A stretch of 62,565 nt of DNA, the filler included. It is 7 parts of 7 records of this genome, joined end to end, with 100 filler letters (N's around TTAATTAATTAA, not from the genome) between each part and the next. Parts side by side here need not be neighbours in the genome. Positions count along the whole stretch, not along the records: positions 14,025 to 23,497 come from SRR31156797_14327; positions 23,598 to 29,532 come from SRR31156797_14346; 5 more parts are not named here. The stretch is one strand, 5' to 3'. This document shows positions 18,088 to 28,294 of the stretch, in pieces. A model generated the notes under the pieces. It saw only the letters and a program-made list of their open reading frames with translations, was not told the origin of the DNA and did no database searches. The first letter of the stretch is position 1; each line of letters begins with the position of its first letter. Position numbers and translations under genes: made by a program.

Positions 18088-18729
18088 CTAAGAACGGCCT
18101 AAAGGAAGATGGGGTTCAAGAACCGAAAAAAGGATCTCTTCCAGACGGTTTTCCCCGTGGGTGGCATCCACCACAACAAATCGATCCGGATTTTTCTTCG
18201 CAATATCCAGATATCCATTGCGGACCGCCTCGTGAAACACCGTTTTTTCCAGTTCAAATCGATCCTGCCCCATCACCTCACTCTCGGCGTTCCGTTTCAG
18301 TGCTCGCTTTATGCCCACGGTTACGGGACAATCCAGCAAAAAAGTGATATCCGGCGTAATACCGGAGGAAGCGATTTCATTCAAACGGGTCGTTACATGG
18401 AGGTCTTGCCCACGGGCGTACCCCTGATATGCGGTGGTCGCATCAAAAAAACGGTCGCACAGAACCCATTTCCGTTTCGCCAAAGCCGGTTTGACAATGC
18501 TGCTCACGTGCAGCGCTCTGTCCGCCTCATAAAGCAAGAGTTCGGCCAGCGGGGGCAGATCCCGGTTCTTGGACGACAACAGGATTTGCCTGATATGGTT
18601 CCCAACAGGCGTACCACCCGGCTCCCGCGTCAAGATTAACGAAACCCCTTCCCTTTCCAACCGATTTGCAATCCGCTTGGCCTGGGTGGATTTCCCACAC
18701 CCCTCTATTCCTTCAAAAGTGATAAACAC
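18088..18729 (-). CDS. tmk: thymidylate kinase
   Basis: FITFEGIEGCGKSTQ, TREPGGT, CDRF..ATTAYQG. Confidence 0.97.
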   Translation of the reverse strand: MFITFEGIEGCGKSTQAKRIANRLEREGVSLILTREPGGTPVGNHIRQILLSSKNRDLPPLAELLLYEADRALHVSSIVKPALAKRKWVLCDRFFDATTAYQGYARGQDLHVTTRLNEIASSGITPDITFLLDCPVTVGIKRALKRNAESEVMGQDRFELEKTVFHEAVRNGYLDIAKKNPDRFVVVDATHGENRLEEILFSVLEPHLPLGRS

Positions 18730-18731
18730 TA

Positions 18732-18803
18732 TAGCTCTTAGCTGTTAGCTCTTAGCTGTTAGCTGTTATAACCAATGGCTAACAGCTAATGGCTAATAGC
18801 TCA
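18732..18803. repeat. inverted heptamer tandem array
   Basis: (TAGCTST)x5, 9-nt spacer, then TGGCTAA-CAGCTAA-TGGCTAA-TAGCTCA in the opposite orientation. Confidence 0.85.
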
Positions 18804-18806
18804 ATT

Positions 18807-20300
18807 TCACATGGTCTTGCAAACCTGTTCAATGGCGGCCGCCATGGCTTCATCTTCTTTTCGAATATCTTCCAAAGTTTTGCCTTTGACCTGAGGCGGT
18901 CTCTCTTCAAGGCCGTACTTCCATTTCAGGAACTGCTCGCCGGTTGTGGGATAAAGGGTATAAATCAGCAGGTCAAAATCATCCTTGGCCAAATCCCCGA
19001 TTTTTTCCCGTGCCGCGTCCAGTTCGGGTTCCAGGAAATCGGCTGCGCGACCGGTGACCGGGGAGTCCCCTCTCTTGTACCCTTTCAGCACTTTTTTCTG
19101 CACCTCGGGATCCACCGGTATGGGTGTCTTCCCGTAGAGACCGAAGGCCAAATCCTTAACCTCGTTGGTCACCATCTTGTATCGGCCGAACAGCACATTG
19201 AGCACGGACTGGACTCCCACGATCTGGCTGGTGGGCGTCACCAGGGGCGGCATGCCCAACTCCTTGCGGGTGATTGCCACATCCTTGTACACCTCGGCCA
19301 GCCTGTCAAGCGCTTTGGCCTCGGTCAGCTGACTGACCAGATTCGAAATCATGCCGCCGGGAACCTGATGGGCCAGCACACCCGTATCGATGACCGACAT
19401 GGTATTTTTGGCCAGGTAGTCCCGGTATTTGGGGGCAACGCTTTCCATGTAAGCGCCCAGTTCAAGTAACAGACTCAGGTCAAAACCCGTGTCGCGGGCG
19501 GTTCCGTAAAGGGTGGCCACGATGGGCTCAACAGCCGGCTGTGACGTCCGCAGGGCAAAAGGGGCAAGGCAGGTATCCACGATATCGACACCGGCCTTGA
19601 TGGCTTCCAGATAAACCATGGAAGCCATGCCGCTCGTGTAATGGGTATGCAGGTGTATGGGAATGGAGATGTTCTTTTTCAGTTCGGTGATGATCTTGGC
19701 AATATCGAAAGGCGACATAATACCGGCCATATCCTTCAGGCAAAGGGTGTCCGCCCCCATATCTTCAATTTCCCGGGCCTTATTGAGATAGTATTCCAGG
19801 TTGAAGACGTCTCCCCCCATGCGCCGCTCGGTCAAAGTATAGCAGATGGTACCCTGAAAATGTTTTCCGTTGGCCTTTATGCGCTCCACAACCGTCTGGA
19901 AATTACGAAAATCATTGAGCGCATCAAAAACCCTGAACACATCCATACCGGCCTCACAGGCCTTATCCACAAAAAGTCTGGCCACATCATCCGCATAGTT
20001 GCGATAGCCCACAAGGTTCTGGCCCCTGAGCAGCATGGAAAAAGGGGTTTTCTTGATATATTTTTTCAAAGTCCTGATGCGGTCAAAAGGATCCTCGCCC
20101 AGAAACCGATGCATGGTATCGAAGGTAGCGCCACCCCACACTTCCATGGCCCAGAAACCCACGCTGTCCATTTTTTCAGCTATGGGCAACATGTCTTCGG
20201 TTCTCATCCGGGTCGCCAACAACGACTGGTGCCCATCCCGAAACGTATTGTCCTGAATTTTGATCGGGTTCTTCGGGCCTTCTTCCAAAAAAGTATCCAT
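18807..20300 (-). CDS. pyruvate carboxylase subunit B / OadA-type carboxyltransferase lacking a biotinyl domain
   Basis: FRDGHQSLLATRM, EVWGGATFD, LKDMAG, HLHTHYTSG, HQVPGGMISNL, PLVTPTSQIVG; no MKM biotin motif. Confidence 0.92.
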   Translation of the reverse strand: MDTFLEEGPKNPIKIQDNTFRDGHQSLLATRMRTEDMLPIAEKMDSVGFWAMEVWGGATFDTMHRFLGEDPFDRIRTLKKYIKKTPFSMLLRGQNLVGYRNYADDVARLFVDKACEAGMDVFRVFDALNDFRNFQTVVERIKANGKHFQGTICYTLTERRMGGDVFNLEYYLNKAREIEDMGADTLCLKDMAGIMSPFDIAKIITELKKNISIPIHLHTHYTSGMASMVYLEAIKAGVDIVDTCLAPFALRTSQPAVEPIVATLYGTARDTGFDLSLLLELGAYMESVAPKYRDYLAKNTMSVIDTGVLAHQVPGGMISNLVSQLTEAKALDRLAEVYKDVAITRKELGMPPLVTPTSQIVGVQSVLNVLFGRYKMVTNEVKDLAFGLYGKTPIPVDPEVQKKVLKGYKRGDSPVTGRAADFLEPELDAAREKIGDLAKDDFDLLIYTLYPTTGEQFLKWKYGLEERPPQVKGKTLEDIRKEDEAMAAAIEQVCKTM

Positions 20301-20655
20301 CAAAACCTCCCATCATTTTTCTAAAATATAAGCCCAATGAAAGGGCTCTTGTTGATTGCCCCCCATTGGGCCAACGTACTGGAAGATAACGCAAACGGGG
20401 ACTGGAGGTCAAGAAAATTCATTGCCTTGTCAAAGAAGAAGAGGTGAAGTTCACGGAAAGGCCTTAAATTTAGAGGCTTCTGATATTGGTGACAACCCCT
20501 CCCCCGCCTTGGGCAATTCTCAGATTCCCAATAATACACCCCCGCGCTTTTCCTGTTGCAGTGTTATGTCGGTTGTGACATATTTATTAAAATTTCAAAT
20601 CATAGCATTCTCGGCATGAATTCCGGGAAAATTTTCACCCAGAGAACAAACATTG

Positions 20656-21897
20656 ATGGAAACGTTTTTCAAGCTCAAAACCCCCGCTGAAGTTTTTCGC
20701 ATCATCGACGGTTTTTCCGTTGTCGACGAAGAGACCATTGCAATGGAAGAGGTCTTAGGTCGTGTGTTGAGCACGGATTTGACCGCCCCCGAGGATTTGC
20801 CCGATTTTTTTAAGTCCACCATGGATGGCTATGCGGTTCAGACCAGGAACACTTTCGGTGCCACGGAAAGCCTGCCCGCCCTGCTGGAAATAACCGGGGA
20901 AGTATCCATGGGTGACGCAGAGAAGACTGAAATAGAAAGTGGACAAGCGGTCAAGATTCCCACCGGCGGCATGCTGCCGGAGGGCGCCGACGGGGTGGTA
21001 ATGGTTGAATACTGCTCACTTCTGGATGAAAGAACCCTTGAAGTCAGTCGCGCCATATCCCCCCTGGAGAACACCATACAACCCGGGGACGATTTTAAGA
21101 GGGGCGCGGTGATTCTTCCCATGGGAAAGCGCCTCAGGCCCCAGGACATGGGGGTTCTGGCGGGTCTCGGGTTTTCCCAAGTACCGGTTTTCCAGAGACC
21201 CAAAGTGGCCATTCTCTCCACCGGTGATGAGATGGTGCCGGTTTCCCAAAACCCCAGACCTGGGCAGGTTCGAGACATCAATCGATACACATTGGGCGCA
21301 CTCTGTCGGAATATGGGCGCCGTTCCCGTCCATATGGGCATCTGTGCCGACCGTTTCGAACCCCTCAGGGAAATGGTGGATGATGCTCTCGGGGCGGCAG
21401 ATGCCGTGTGGATATCCGGCGGCAGTTCCGTGGGAACAAGAGACTTTACCCTCAAGGTTTTTGAAACTCTCCCCGATTTTGAGCTTCTGGTCCACGGCAT
21501 ATGCATCAGTCCCGGCAAACCGACCATTATCGGACGTTCCGGGGCCAAACCGGTCATCGGTCTGCCGGGACATCCCGCATCAGCCCTTGTGGTGGCCGAG
21601 ATTTTCATGACGAAAATGTTACGGACCCTTTCCGGGGCAATGGATGCCGGAACCGGCATCCATACCGTCAAACGGGCTGTTCTCAAACAGAATATCCCTT
21701 CATCCGGCGGACGGGAGGACTATGTTCGCATCAAACTCGTTCAAGACGCGGAACATTTAACGGCCATCCCCCTATTCGGAAAATCCGGACTGATCTCAAC
21801 GTTGGTGGAGGCGGACGGACTGGCCAGAATTGACATGAATACGGAAGGACTTTACGAAGGCGATGAAATTGACATAATGCTTTTTTCGCACCCGTAA
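20656..21897 (+). CDS. moeA: molybdopterin molybdotransferase MoeA
   Basis: STMDGYAV, IPTGGMLPEGADGVVMVE, STGDE, SGGSSVG, PGKP, GLPGHP. Confidence 0.95.
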   Translation: METFFKLKTPAEVFRIIDGFSVVDEETIAMEEVLGRVLSTDLTAPEDLPDFFKSTMDGYAVQTRNTFGATESLPALLEITGEVSMGDAEKTEIESGQAVKIPTGGMLPEGADGVVMVEYCSLLDERTLEVSRAISPLENTIQPGDDFKRGAVILPMGKRLRPQDMGVLAGLGFSQVPVFQRPKVAILSTGDEMVPVSQNPRPGQVRDINRYTLGALCRNMGAVPVHMGICADRFEPLREMVDDALGAADAVWISGGSSVGTRDFTLKVFETLPDFELLVHGICISPGKPTIIGRSGAKPVIGLPGHPASALVVAEIFMTKMLRTLSGAMDAGTGIHTVKRAVLKQNIPSSGGREDYVRIKLVQDAEHLTAIPLFGKSGLISTLVEADGLARIDMNTEGLYEGDEIDIMLFSHP

Positions 21898-21909
21898 AAG
21901 AGGACCATA

Positions 21910-23497
21910 ATGAAAAGAAACGTATACCTTTCCATGAAGTCTCTTGAGGAGGCTCAAAACATCTTTTTTTCCCGATTCGGTCCGGATAAAAAGACCGGCG
22001 TCACCCGCATCAAGACGGAGGAGAGTGACGGCCGCATCACGGCGGAGCCCGTTTTTGCCCGAACGTCAGCGCCATCCTATCATGCCTCGGCCATGGACGG
22101 CATTGCGGTTAAAGCCGAGCAGACCTATGGCGCCACCGAACGCGCACCCATCACCCTGGCTCTTGATACTGACACGGCTTGGGTGAACACAGGACAACCC
22201 CTTCCCAAACCTTTCAACGCCGTGATCATGATCGAAGACGTGCATATGATTGATGACGGCCATGTTGAAATTCGGTCTTCCGCCTATCCGTGGCAGCACG
22301 TGCGCAAGGTGGGGGAAGACATTGTGGCCACCCAGTTGCTCTTTCCACAGAACCATTTCATCAGACCCTATGACATGGGTGCCCTCATCAGCGGCGGGGT
22401 TTTTTCCGTCAAGGTGCGCAAAAGGCCCCGTGTATTCATCATTCCCACCGGATCGGAACTCATCCGTCACGAAGATATTATAGAAGGTGAACCTTTGGGT
22501 GAAGGCCGGATCGTGGAATACAACGCCCAGGTTCTTGCCGCACTGGTCAGGGAGTCCGGCGGCATACCGATGGTCCACGGAATTGTTTCGGATTCGGAAA
22601 AAGAGATCAAAAAAGTACTGGCTAAATGCGTTGATTCCGAAGCGGACATGGTCATCGTCAATGCCGGTTCATCGGCCGGCAGCAAGGATTTTACGGTTCA
22701 CGCCATCGGGGAAATGGGAGAAGTACTGGTCCACGGTGTTGCCATGATGCCCGGAAAACCGACGATTCTGGGGATTGTGTCGGGAAAACCGGTGATCGGC
22801 AACCCCGGTTATGCGGTTTCCGCGGCCCTCTCCTTTGAGCAGTTTATAAGACCGCTGCTTTACACCCTTCAAGGTGTTTCTCCGCCCAAAAAACCCACCA
22901 TCGAGGTCCAACCCACAAGGGATATCCCATCCAAAGTGGGAACCGAGGAATTCCTTCGGGTCAACATCGGTTTGGTGGGGGAACGCCATGTGGCAACTCC
23001 CCTGGCCCGGGCCGCGGGTTCCATCACCACCCTGACCCGGGCGGAGGGGATAATCCGCATACCCGCCCTTTCCGAAGGGATCAGCCAGGGCCAAAAAACC
23101 GTTGCGGAGCTGTTGGTAAACGAAGAAGCGCTCTCAAATACGGTGGTCATCATCGGCAGTCACGATATGGCCATTGACATCCTGGGCGACGAAGTGAAGC
23201 GAAGCAGCGGGCACGTTCGCATTTCGTCTGGAAACGTGGGGAGCCTCGGGGGACTTCTTGCCATCCGGAAAGGGACCTGCCACATGGCCGGAAGCCACCT
23301 GCTGGATACGGAAACGGGACAATACAATCTTTCCTACATCAAACGCTACATCCCCAACATGGATGTAACGGTGTTCCACCTGGTATTGAGAGATCAGGGC
23401 CTCATCCTCACAAAAGGAAATCCAAAGGCCATCAAGGGTGTTCAGGACCTGGTTCGGGATGACGTGATGTTTGTCAACCGCCAGGCAGGTTCCGGGA
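21910..23497 (+). CDS. moeA: MoeA fused to a C-terminal PBP (substrate-binding) domain, 3'-partial
   Basis: SAMDGIAV, PTGSEL, PGKP, then GSHD..VGSLGGL..AGSHLLD..FVNRQAGSG; cut by linker. Confidence 0.92.
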
Positions 23498-23597
23498 NNN
23501 NNNNNNNNNNNNNNNNNNNNNNNNNNNNNNNNNNNNNNNNNTTAATTAATTAANNNNNNNNNNNNNNNNNNNNNNNNNNNNNNNNNNNNNNNNNNNN
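23498..23597. other. artificial contig linker
   Basis: N-run / TTAATTAATTAA / N-run. Confidence 0.99.
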
Positions 23598-23598
23598 A

Positions 23599-24381
23599 TC
23601 CGAGCTTTTCGGATATGAAAAAGGGGCTTTCACCGGAGCGGAACGACGCCGAACCGGCCGGTTTGAAACGGCCCATGAAGGCACGCTCTTCCTGGATGAA
23701 ATCGGAAACATGCCCCTTGAGGTGCAGGAAAAGACCCTTCGACTGGTGGAATACGGTACCTTTGAACGGGTAGGGAGCTCCAGGAGCATTGAAGTGGATG
23801 TCCGCATTGTAGCGGCCACCAATGTGGACCTGGTTAAACGGACGAAAGACGGAAATTTCAAGGCCGACCTGTTGGACCGCCTCTCCTTTGAAGTGGTTTT
23901 GCTCCCCCCCTTGCGGGAAAGGGCGGGAGACATTCCCCTTCTGGCCAACCATTTTGCATCCAGAATGGCCTTTGAGATGGAACGTGCCGACACGCCGGTA
24001 TTTTCCCCGGAAGCCATGGCCCTTCTTGAAAGCTACCCGTGGCCGGGAAACATCCGGGAACTGAAAAACGCGGTGGAGAGGGCCGTTTATCGAACCGATG
24101 ATGTGGTCATCAAAGATATTGTGTTCGACCCTTTTGAGAATTTCCACACGAGGGAAGACCTGCCCCATATCCCGAATACCGGGACTGATGCCCCACCCCC
24201 CGAAACCGATGACCTTTTCAAAATGCCGCTTCAAAAAGCTGTCCGGGAATTAAAGGTCCGCATGATGAACCGGGCACTGGCATCGGCCCGCCACAATCAG
24301 AAAAAGGCGGCCCACATCCTGGGGTTAACCTATCACCAGTTCCGCGGGCTGTATCGATCGCTAAAAAACGATCTTCAGTGA
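23599..24381 (+). CDS. pspF: phage shock operon sigma-54 activator PspF, 5'-partial
   Basis: [54 protein letters not shown] ending LGLTYHQFR is characteristic of PspF. Confidence 0.85.
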   Translation, partial: SELFGYEKGAFTGAERRRTGRFETAHEGTLFLDEIGNMPLEVQEKTLRLVEYGTFERVGSSRSIEVDVRIVAATNVDLVKRTKDGNFKADLLDRLSFEVVLLPPLRERAGDIPLLANHFASRMAFEMERADTPVFSPEAMALLESYPWPGNIRELKNAVERAVYRTDDVVIKDIVFDPFENFHTREDLPHIPNTGTDAPPPETDDLFKMPLQKAVRELKVRMMNRALASARHNQKKAAHILGLTYHQFRGLYRSLKNDLQ

Positions 24382-24513
24382 AATCCCTTACCCCGGTCTA
24401 TAAAGTGAAATGGCATCGCAACCCACATTCCGCAGCTATCTGATTTCGGCTTTATCTTTGAAAAGCCCGATCGCAATTTGAAGGGCGCCGCTTCCGTGAG
24501 GCACCCTCCCCTT

Positions 24514-25452
24514 TTAGGCTTTCCAGCAGGCGCCGGCTGAAGCGTTCATAAACGTCTGAATGTCGCCCAGTGTGGGAATAGCCCGCCAACCACCGCCCTT
24601 TTGGCATTTCAGGGCAGCCGCAGCGGATGCAAAGGCCATGCATTGGGGCATCTGCCAGCCCTTTAGCAGCCCGTAAATGTAACCGCCGTGATAAACATCT
24701 CCCGCACCGGTGGTGTCTTTTGAGACGATTTGAAAAGCCGGCCGGTGAACGATGCTACCCTTTGAGAGACCCATGCTCCCCTTGGCACCCAGGGTGATCA
24801 CCACCTGCCCGGGACCCAGTTTGGAAAGCCTTTGAAGGGCCTCTTCCTTAGGTGTTTCAGCACCCACCAACGGGTGGGCAAATGTCTCCGATGCGATGAG
24901 CACATCCACATGTGAAACCAGGTCCAGGGTCCCATGCCGAAGGGTTCCTGCGTCCATCACAACGGTCCAACCCAAAGCCTTTGCCTGTTCCGCAGCGACC
25001 ATGGCAGCATCCAGCATCAACCCGTCCACATGCAAAATCCTTGCATGGGAAAAACGCTTCAGCCGGATTTCTTCGGGCGCGAGGGGGGGAACACTGCTTG
25101 GATTCCAGAAGATGGTGCGTTTCCCCCCATCCGTTGTGACCGCAATAAAGGCAAACTGGGAAGCACAGCCGGGTACCATTTTTAAATGGCCGGTATCCAC
25201 CCCCTCTTTTTTGAGGGTTTCGGAAATTTTGCGGCCGAAGGGGTCATCTGAAATACCGCTCAAAAGAGAAGTGGAAACGCCCCATCTGGAAAGGGCCGCC
25301 ATGGCGGTAGCGGCGGGACCGCCGCAGCTCATCCGGAGTTCTTTCAACTCCGCTTTGGTATCTTCAGGGGGATAGGCGGGCAGTCGGCCCACATAGTCCA
25401 CGCAAACCTGCCCCAGCCCCACCACCACAGGCGGTTTCAATCTCTTTTCCAT
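24514..25452 (-). CDS. PfkB-family carbohydrate kinase
   Basis: GGPAATA...; DTTGAGDVYHGG signature. Confidence 0.92.
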   Translation of the reverse strand: MEKRLKPPVVVGLGQVCVDYVGRLPAYPPEDTKAELKELRMSCGGPAATAMAALSRWGVSTSLLSGISDDPFGRKISETLKKEGVDTGHLKMVPGCASQFAFIAVTTDGGKRTIFWNPSSVPPLAPEEIRLKRFSHARILHVDGLMLDAAMVAAEQAKALGWTVVMDAGTLRHGTLDLVSHVDVLIASETFAHPLVGAETPKEEALQRLSKLGPGQVVITLGAKGSMGLSKGSIVHRPAFQIVSKDTTGAGDVYHGGYIYGLLKGWQMPQCMAFASAAAALKCQKGGGWRAIPTLGDIQTFMNASAGACWKA

Positions 25453-25598
25453 ACCCTCCCCATCACCCCCATGGTTGAGGTGATAAGACGTTGTTTTTAA
25501 AAACCTTGACTATTAGGAATAACCGGATTTCAAACAATCCCCAACCTCATGGAAGCGCAGTATCAGGAGCAGCAAGCAGACAAAACCGATGGACCTTC

Positions 25599-26051
25599 TC
25601 ATTTTCGGGTAACCTCGATACAAAAGACATTTTCGGCCTCGTAGTAACTCGGGGCCACATGATAATCCATGGAAGGATTGAGATCTAAAACGATCCGCAA
25701 TTTCCCCTCTTTTTTATTTAGATGGGTCCGCACCTGTTGAATCAACAAACCGTTGGTGGTAATTTTTGATTTTCCAAGGCATTGGGACACATGTTCAAGA
25801 TCCAACACAATCCTTGGTTTTTTCCCCGGTATGGAAAAGATGTTCGGCATACAGGCTCGATTGAACGGAATACTGATTCTCTCACTGCCATCTTTTTCCT
25901 TAACAAAGGCGATATCGCCTACAATGATAAGCGTGTTGGAAACCAAACCCCTTTCCGCAATCTGAACATCGTAATTCCCGGACAGGGACAAGCCACCCAT
26001 CAAACCAATTAAAAAAACGGAAGAAATCAGAGACAAAAAAATTATTTTCAT
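25599..26051 (-). CDS. AMIN-domain protein
   Basis: N-terminal hydrophobic segment; KPRIVLDL and KLRIVLDL repeats. Confidence 0.75.
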   Translation of the reverse strand: MKIIFLSLISSVFLIGLMGGLSLSGNYDVQIAERGLVSNTLIIVGDIAFVKEKDGSERISIPFNRACMPNIFSIPGKKPRIVLDLEHVSQCLGKSKITTNGLLIQQVRTHLNKKEGKLRIVLDLNPSMDYHVAPSYYEAENVFCIEVTRK

Positions 26052-26256
26052 CGGTCAATTTTCCAAACTGAAGTTGAGAAACCCTTTGTGTTATAAACTT
26101 TAGCAACCATTATAGAAACCGGATTCTCAAATGTCAAAACCGTTGAACAAAAAACAATGCAATAGGGGTAACGCTGGTAAAAACGCCCGCTCTTTTGACA
26201 AGTTGCTTTCTTACCAGCGTCCCCTGACGTCCCTCAGAAGCGTCAGCGCATCGGGT

Positions 26257-28236
26257 TCAACCTTGATAATTTCTTTCGTCCAGGATTCCCCTCAATTTCC
26301 GTGACAATTCTCTCATTTTAAAGGGCTTCTGAATAAAACCATTGCAGCCTCGTTCCAATATTTCGGCCGCTTGGCCATCAATGCTGTATCCACTGGAAAG
26401 GAGGACCTTAACCCGGGGATTCAGCTTTTTCAAACCATCGTAAGTACGGTCACCACCCATGTCGGGCATGATCATATCCAAAACCACAATGTCGATGGAT
26501 TCTTTATGGCCCTCATAAATCTCAATGGCCTCTTTCCCGCTTCCGGCGATCAAGACATTGTAGCCCAACCGCTCCAAAAGCTCCCGGGTAACGTCAACCA
26601 CAATCTCTTCATCGTCCACAAAAAGAACCGTCTCCGATCCCCTTATGATGTCCCCGGCCCGTTCCTTCTCTCCCATGACTTTTTTTGCGGAAGCGGGCAG
26701 ATAGATACTGAAAGCGGTTCCATGCCCCATTTCACTGGAAACATGAATGAACCCGCCATGATTCTTGATGATCCCATATGCGGATGCCAGTCCCAACCCG
26801 GTCCCTCTGCCCATCTCTTTGGTTGTAAAGAAGGGATCAAAAATCCTTTCCCGGGTTGCTTTATCCATTCCGATTCCCGTGTCGCAAACGGTTATTTTTA
26901 CGTATCTCCCGGGTTTAAGGTTATGAGGCTGGGTGTAATATGCATCAAGGGTAATATTTTGAGTCTCAACGCGGATTTCGCCCCCTCCGGGCATTGCCTG
27001 CCAGGCATTGACATACAGATTCAACAAAACCTGTTCAAACTGCCCCCGGTCGACCTCCACGGCCCAAAGGGTCTCTTCATATTTGCCACGTACGGTGATC
27101 TCTTTTTTGGTCCGGCCGAACATACGATTCTCTTTTTTGATGAATTCATTCAAATTCGTGAGTCTGACTTCATATTTGCCACCTCTGGCAAAATCCAAGA
27201 GCTGCCGGGTCAGGCCGGCGGCACTTCCAACAAGTTCTTCTATGCCGCAGAGGTGTCCAAAATCGGGATCGGAAGAATCCTTATTCATTTTCATTATATC
27301 GGTCTGCCCCTGGATGGACATGAGCAGGTTGTTAAAGTCATGGGCGATACCTCCCGCCAGAGTCCCGATGGCCTCCATCTTCTGGGCCTGCTGGAGCTGG
27401 GCTTCCATCCGTTTTCTTTCGGTGATGTCCCGGGCGATGCCGAGTACATGGGGTCCTCCGGGCGTCCTGAGAAGGGCCATGGTAATTTCCACCGGGAAGG
27501 TGGAGCCGTCTTTTCGGCAATGACGCGACTCAACGGTAATTGGATGCCGTGGAGACAGCCTATGAAAAACTTTTTGAAGGGCTTCGAGCGTTTTCATGTC
27601 CGCATCCACATCCTTAAACCCCAAATTGAGCAACTCTTCTTCCGTGTACCCGGTGGACCGGCTTGCCTGCTCGTTGACATTTATCAGACGCCCATCCAAC
27701 TGGGAAACGTAGATGGCGTCGGAGGCCTGCTCAAACAATATGCTCAAACGCTCCGTGCTCTCCCGCAATGCGCCTTCGGCCTTTTTACGTTCGGTGATGT
27801 CGGTGGAAACAATCAAAACCGCGGGTTGTTCGTAAGCGGTAAAAGGAATTTTGTATGTTTCAAGAACACTGATGCTCCCATGGGGGTTTTCCATGGTTTC
27901 TTCGGGGATATACTCGGGCTTCCCGCTAAAGATCACCTTGCGGTCGGCGGCGAGCATCCCTTGCAATTCCGCTTCGTCCTCACAAATATCCGCATGAAGC
28001 ACCCCGGTCATATCTTCAACGGTGGTGCCATAAAAGTCGGTCAGTTTTTTGTTGACCAGAATGAACCTTCCATCTAAGTTTTTGGCACAGATGAAAACCG
28101 GTGCAATATCCATAACGTCTCGTAACAGCTGTTTGCTGATCCTCAATTCATTCTCAATCTGCTTGCGAACCGTTTCCTTTTTTTCAAGATCCCGAACCCG
28201 TTGTTCCAATTCCCCATAGGTTGGTTTATCTGCCAT
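26257..28236 (-). CDS. PAS-PAS hybrid sensor histidine kinase/receiver
   Basis: Likely start MADKPTYGELEQRV (ATG 28236; the longer ORF overlaps the upstream gene). DITERK PAC motifs, AHDFNNLL H-box, GTGLGL, C-terminal REC. Confidence 0.93.
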   Translation of the reverse strand: MADKPTYGELEQRVRDLEKKETVRKQIENELRISKQLLRDVMDIAPVFICAKNLDGRFILVNKKLTDFYGTTVEDMTGVLHADICEDEAELQGMLAADRKVIFSGKPEYIPEETMENPHGSISVLETYKIPFTAYEQPAVLIVSTDITERKKAEGALRESTERLSILFEQASDAIYVSQLDGRLINVNEQASRSTGYTEEELLNLGFKDVDADMKTLEALQKVFHRLSPRHPITVESRHCRKDGSTFPVEITMALLRTPGGPHVLGIARDITERKRMEAQLQQAQKMEAIGTLAGGIAHDFNNLLMSIQGQTDIMKMNKDSSDPDFGHLCGIEELVGSAAGLTRQLLDFARGGKYEVRLTNLNEFIKKENRMFGRTKKEITVRGKYEETLWAVEVDRGQFEQVLLNLYVNAWQAMPGGGEIRVETQNITLDAYYTQPHNLKPGRYVKITVCDTGIGMDKATRERIFDPFFTTKEMGRGTGLGLASAYGIIKNHGGFIHVSSEMGHGTAFSIYLPASAKKVMGEKERAGDIIRGSETVLFVDDEEIVVDVTRELLERLGYNVLIAGSGKEAIEIYEGHKESIDIVVLDMIMPDMGGDRTYDGLKKLNPRVKVLLSSGYSIDGQAAEILERGCNGFIQKPFKMRELSRKLRGILDERNYQG

Positions 28237-28294
28237 TACTGAAATCCGCCTCACCAAATCAAGCCCCATGTGAAGGGTGGTATATATGCCGGCA

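Noticed and set aside
26371-28077. 568-aa plus-strand ORF, and similar long antisense ORFs at 4120-5106, 5345-6169, 20838-21686 and 60294-61025
   Set aside because: Shadows of well-supported genes on the opposite strand in GC-rich DNA; no motifs.
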